A stretch of 64,000 nt of DNA from Bacteroidales bacterium (GTDB lineage: Bacteria; Bacteroidota; Bacteroidia; Bacteroidales; WCHB1-69), in the NCBI GenBank assembly GCA_024400835.1, contig JAKSMC010000015.1, forward strand, positions 1,859-65,858, written 5' to 3'. Positions 60,173 to 64,000 of this stretch are shown one piece after another. The position numbers and the translations under genes were made by a program. The first letter of the stretch is position 1, and each line of letters begins with the position of its first letter. Under the pieces are notes generated by a model, which was not told the DNA's origin, made no database searches, and was given only the letters and a program-made list of their open reading frames with translations.

Positions 60173-61969
60173 TTAGTATTTCACGATCTTAGCAACGCCG
60201 ATGATTTCGTTGTTCATATAAAGTCTTGCGAAATAAACACCGTTGTTGAGATTGGAAACGTTGATACGATTGTCAGCAGCAGTCTCGTTAGCCACGAACT
60301 TGCCGTTGATGTCGAAAATCATAACGTTTTCAATCGGAGTGTTGATTTGGAAATTAACCATATCATTAGCAGGGTTAGGATAAACAGACACAGCATTTTC
60401 GTAATCGCGGATACCCGTTTGGAAGTCGTTGCCGGAACGAGGAACGATATAGTATCTGTAGTCAGGATAGTTGCTGCCGATTTTGCTGGTAGAGAAGTTA
60501 AAGCCAATCAGATTTACGGTACTTGGAATAGTAGCTCCGATATAGTCTGCATCTTGGAAATAGGGATAAACAGCAGTTGCCGTAACACCGTTTTGAGTGA
60601 TTTCGTAGGTGTTCAGAACTGCGAAAGTATTGCCGGCGTCGGTAAAAGAAACATTGTTCATTTTCATCAGTTCAGCCTGGTGTTGGATCATGAAAGATTG
60701 GTCGTTGAGTTGAGTGAGTGTAACTTCCATAGGAGTAACGTCATTGAAAGAAGAAACCATTGTTTCGTATGCCTGGGTCGGTTTAAATTCGAGGAACCCA
60801 TAGTAGTTGGTCAGAGTACCGTAAATACCGGAGATCTTATCGCCAACTTCAACAGGGGCACCGAGTTTGTTGTTAGGATCGAATACGAGTATTGCACCTG
60901 TGGCATCTTGGATAACCTTTTGGTTGTTGTATGCAGCGACAGCGGTAACGACGACTTCACCGGTGAGCTTGTATTCCACATTGTCAGCATTGTTCACCGT
61001 AACATCAGTATAATCGAGTTTACTTCTCAAATCTGCTATAGTAGCGCATTGGAATTCTTGTGAAACACCGTAAGTGAAAGTGATGGTGTCAGGTTCCATG
61101 ATGTTGCCGGCAGCGTCAGCGACATTGTTGACGATCAAAGTGAAGGTGTTGCCTTCAGCCATCGGGGTGGTAGTCAAAGCAACCATATTGCCCGTCAAAG
61201 CGGCATTGGAAACAGTAACACCGTTGTCGAGAACATAGTTTGCGGTGTTTTCAGCAGTAGTTGCGGAGACAGCCTCGTTGAAAGTCACATTGACATTAGT
61301 GGCACTGGTAGGAACTACAGAGGAGATAGTCGGGCCCCAAACATCCGGGCCTGCAGGATAAGCATTGATTTGGACATTGTCGAAACGGTTGTTACCGCTG
61401 CCAGAAGTACAGCCGGAAGGAGTGATTCTGATATAGGCATCAGCTTGGTCGGAGAGAGCAGCGACACCTGTGAAATCAACGGTGATAGCCGTATAAGTAC
61501 TGCTGTAATCAGCAGTGTTCAAGGTATTGAAGACAACGAAATTCGTACCATCGGTACTATATTCGAATTTCAAAGAGTTAAAACCAGTACCACTTCTTCT
61601 ATAGCCGAAAGAGAGGACAGGGTTTTGGAATCCGGTTGTTGAGAAGTTAAAGACAAAAGATTTGTCGTTAGCTGTAGAATTTCTGATGGCCAGGTCGAAA
61701 GAGTTAGCATAACCCTCCAGGGCATTCACGGTAGTTCCGCTGAAACGGTTCAATTCGGAAGCAGCCGTCCAAGAAGAGGAGCCGTGAGTTCCATCGAAAT
61801 AGAGACCGGCAGTGCCTTGTTGAAGGCCATCTTCAGACATAATTACAACTTGAGTGTTGGGCGCTGTGTCCAACTGGCTAAACGGGAAATAAGCCAAATT
61901 AACGATGCTTTGTGCGGAGAGGCCTAAAGCCAGGCACAGGAGCATAAAAATTGCAGAAAATTTTTTCAT
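60173..61969 (-). CDS. T9SS type A cargo protein (Ig-like plus OB-fold-like domain)
   Basis: Signal peptide; VTFNEAV Ig-like region; TIADLR..IQDATGAI region; C-terminal VYPNPA...GVYF...KIVK. Confidence 0.85.
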   Translation of the reverse strand: MKKFSAIFMLLCLALGLSAQSIVNLAYFPFSQLDTAPNTQVVIMSEDGLQQGTAGLYFDGTHGSSSWTAASELNRFSGTTVNALEGYANSFDLAIRNSTANDKSFVFNFSTTGFQNPVLSFGYRRSGTGFNSLKFEYSTDGTNFVVFNTLNTADYSSTYTAITVDFTGVAALSDQADAYIRITPSGCTSGSGNNRFDNVQINAYPAGPDVWGPTISSVVPTSATNVNVTFNEAVSATTAENTANYVLDNGVTVSNAALTGNMVALTTTPMAEGNTFTLIVNNVADAAGNIMEPDTITFTYGVSQEFQCATIADLRSKLDYTDVTVNNADNVEYKLTGEVVVTAVAAYNNQKVIQDATGAILVFDPNNKLGAPVEVGDKISGIYGTLTNYYGFLEFKPTQAYETMVSSFNDVTPMEVTLTQLNDQSFMIQHQAELMKMNNVSFTDAGNTFAVLNTYEITQNGVTATAVYPYFQDADYIGATIPSTVNLIGFNFSTSKIGSNYPDYRYYIVPRSGNDFQTGIRDYENAVSVYPNPANDMVNFQINTPIENVMIFDINGKFVANETAADNRINVSNLNNGVYFARLYMNNEIIGVAKIVKY

Positions 61970-62117
61970 ACTATGATATTTTAATTAATAATTGATTGTT
62001 AAAATTTTTGGGGCGCAAAGATACAAAAAAGGACAAAGCATACAATATTCATATAGGTTAAAAAAACATTTTTCAAATTCACGCATTTTTTATATTTTTG
62101 CAGCCTCAAAAAAAAAC

Positions 62118-62204
62118 GGAAAGTTGGCCGAGCGGTTGAAGGCAGCGGTTTCGAAAACCGCCATAGTGTAACAGCTATCAGGGGTTCGAATCCCTTACTT
62201 TCCG
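62118..62204 (+). tRNA. tRNA-Ser(CGA)
   Basis: Acceptor GGAAAGT/ACTTTCC, anticodon arm GCGGT-TTCGAAA-ACCGC, long variable arm, GGTTCGAATCC T-arm, discriminator G. CCA not encoded. Confidence 0.95.
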
Positions 62205-62330
62205 CAAAACAAAGGGGGGGTGACTAAAAAACAATGTTCACTCCCTTTTTTATTTGGCAACAAGTATTCAGGTCTCTTTTTTATTTATTTTTGCATCGCC
62301 TTTCCAAGGTTCAGCTTCTATTATAACTAA

Positions 62331-63029
62331 ATGAATATGAGAAAAATCACACTATTGCTGCTCGTGTTCCTGAGTGGCGCGGCAATCGGCCTGGCGCAAA
62401 CAGCCTGTCCCACGGCCACGGATGTGGACGGCAACAGTTACAAGACGATCGTCATCGGCAGCCAATGCTGGATGGCGGAGAACATGCGTGCCGCACACAA
62501 TCGTAGCGGCCAGGAAATCATGCTGACGGAGCAGAAAAGCGACAGCACGCCGTACCGCTACTGTCCGAACGGCCGCGTGCGCAACGTGAAGACCTACGGC
62601 TATCTCTACAACTGGGAAGCCGCGAAAGTGGTGTGCCCCGACGGCTGGCATCTGCCTTCTGATGCGGAGTGGACCCAGATGACCGAATATGTGAGCAGCC
62701 AAGGCCAGTATGCCTGCGCGGGCAATGCAGAGAGCAATGCCAAGGCATTGGCCGCCACTTCCCACTGGAAGCGATGCCAGAAGAGTTGCACCGCTGGCAA
62801 CCATCCTGAAGAGAACAACGCAACAGGCTTTGCGGTCCTCCCTGCCGGAGGCTACTACAATGGCGGATATGGCTATTTCGGCAAAGGCACTTTCTTCTGG
62901 ACCTCCACCGAATCGGCAAACGACAGCGCATATAAACGCTACTTGGATTACGACGCCCCCAGCATGGTACGCTACACCTACCTCAAATTGGGCGGCGGCG
63001 CCGTCAGATGCGTGAAAAGTGAAAAGTGA
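62331..63029 (+). CDS. FISUMP (Fibrobacter succinogenes major paralogous) domain protein
   Basis: DVDGNSYKTIVIGSQCWMAEN, YGYLYNW, CPDGWHLPS..EW, FWTST, VRCVK. Confidence 0.9.
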   Translation: MNMRKITLLLLVFLSGAAIGLAQTACPTATDVDGNSYKTIVIGSQCWMAENMRAAHNRSGQEIMLTEQKSDSTPYRYCPNGRVRNVKTYGYLYNWEAAKVVCPDGWHLPSDAEWTQMTEYVSSQGQYACAGNAESNAKALAATSHWKRCQKSCTAGNHPEENNATGFAVLPAGGYYNGGYGYFGKGTFFWTSTESANDSAYKRYLDYDAPSMVRYTYLKLGGGAVRCVKSEK

Positions 63030-63076
63030 GAAGTTTACCCCCATATACCATTCTACCCATCTATTCTATTAACATC

Positions 63077-63841
63077 ATGAAACTCATCAGTTGGAACGTC
63101 AACGGCCTGCGCGCCGTATATCAAAAAGATTTCACTAAGACCTTCGAGTCACTCGATGCCGACATTTTCTGCATTCAGGAGACGAAGATGCAGGAAGGTC
63201 AGCTCGACGTAGCATTCGACGGTTACGAGAGCTATTGGTCTTATGCAGAGAAGAAAGGCTACTCGGGCACGGCAGTCTTCACCCGCATCAAGCCGCTCCG
63301 CCGCGTGGACGTACCGGTCCTCGACCCCGAAGTTTTCCCGGGCAATGAAGGACGGATCATCGTGCTCGAGTACGACAAGTTCTTCCTCGTAAACTGCTAC
63401 ACGCCCAATGCGCAAGACGGTCTGAAGCGCCTGGACTTCCGCATGAAATGGGAAGGCTACCTGCGCCAGTTCCTCATGCAGCTTGACGCACAGAAACCCG
63501 TGCTCTACTGCGGTGACCTCAATGTGGCGCATCAGGAGATAGACCTCAAGAATCCCAAAACGAACCATCAGAATGCCGGTTTCTCCGACGAGGAACGCGG
63601 CGAGATGACGGCCCTTCTTTCCTCCGGTTTTACGGACACGTTCCGCCACCTCTACCCCACACTCACGGAAGCCTACTCTTGGTGGTCATACCGTTTCCAC
63701 GCCCGCGAGAAGAACGCGGGGTGGCGCATCGACTACTTCATCTGCTCTTCCCGCGTGGCACCGCAAATAGAGGAGGCCGCCATCCACAACGAGATTTTCG
63801 GCAGCGACCACTGCCCCGTCGAACTTCGGATTTCATTGTAG
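63077..63841 (+). CDS. xth: Exodeoxyribonuclease III (AP endonuclease)
   Basis: SWNVNGLRA, QETK, GYSG, YTPN, GDLNVAH, GWRIDY, SDHCP. Confidence 0.95.
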   Translation: MKLISWNVNGLRAVYQKDFTKTFESLDADIFCIQETKMQEGQLDVAFDGYESYWSYAEKKGYSGTAVFTRIKPLRRVDVPVLDPEVFPGNEGRIIVLEYDKFFLVNCYTPNAQDGLKRLDFRMKWEGYLRQFLMQLDAQKPVLYCGDLNVAHQEIDLKNPKTNHQNAGFSDEERGEMTALLSSGFTDTFRHLYPTLTEAYSWWSYRFHAREKNAGWRIDYFICSSRVAPQIEEAAIHNEIFGSDHCPVELRISL

Positions 63842-63930
63842 AATAGTGATCTGTGAACTGTGGTCTGTCTGGAATTTTGTCCCGTTGGCAACAACAAATC
63901 GAATTTTCGCCATATAAAAGCTATTGATGT

Positions 63931-64000
63931 ATGAAAAAGGTCTTTTTTTTCTTGTTCCTTCTGGCTGTTTCCGTCACTTACGGACAGAGCGGCCGTGTGT
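63931..64000 (+). CDS. Secreted protein, 3'-partial
   Basis: ATG followed by signal-peptide-like MKKVFFFLFLLAVSVTYG; runs off the window. Confidence 0.5.
   Translation, partial: MKKVFFFLFLLAVSVTYGQSGRV

Noticed and set aside
62118-62204. tRNA-Ser as integration site for the island
   Set aside because: It is 19 kb from the island, with no duplicated tRNA 3' end and no integrase seen.

Overview
This looks like a Bacteroidales chromosome segment: it has TAnnTTTG -7 promoters, T9SS A/B-type C-terminal domains and lipoproteins. 1-4512 is the tail of a defence locus (GIY-YIG-type protein, frameshifted PD-(D/E)xK-like gene, type I hsdR). 4.5-19.7 kb and 43-64 kb are housekeeping and envelope genes (feoB, crcB, sugar transferase, Thr dehydrogenase, hppA, ltaE, pepC, asd, a TonB receptor with two DUF5689-like lipoproteins, tRNA-Ser(CGA), xth). 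Their spacers carry recurring 6-8-mer microsatellite mosaics. About 19.8-42.9 kb is a defence island with no visible integrase. It holds a DUF4011-helicase-nuclease (Hhe-like) gene and a type I RM operon (hsdM...hsdS...hsdR) packed with cargo: two Fic genes, YhcG, a KAP NTPase, relics of hsdS/DUF262/hsdR and an AAA-DUF4143 gene. The standout is two REP-associated tyrosine transposases (RAYT) with ten 28-bp palindromes (GTAGAGACG-N10-CGTCTCTAC), which I found only inside the island. These REPs sit in-frame inside RAYT1, an FGE-like protein and HsdM, and one supplies the hsdR stop codon. They also spawn half-REP tandem copies whose periods are all multiples of 3, and one is fused to a 24-nt copy of the neighbouring hppA gene. 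Family assignments come from motif recognition only; no searches were run.
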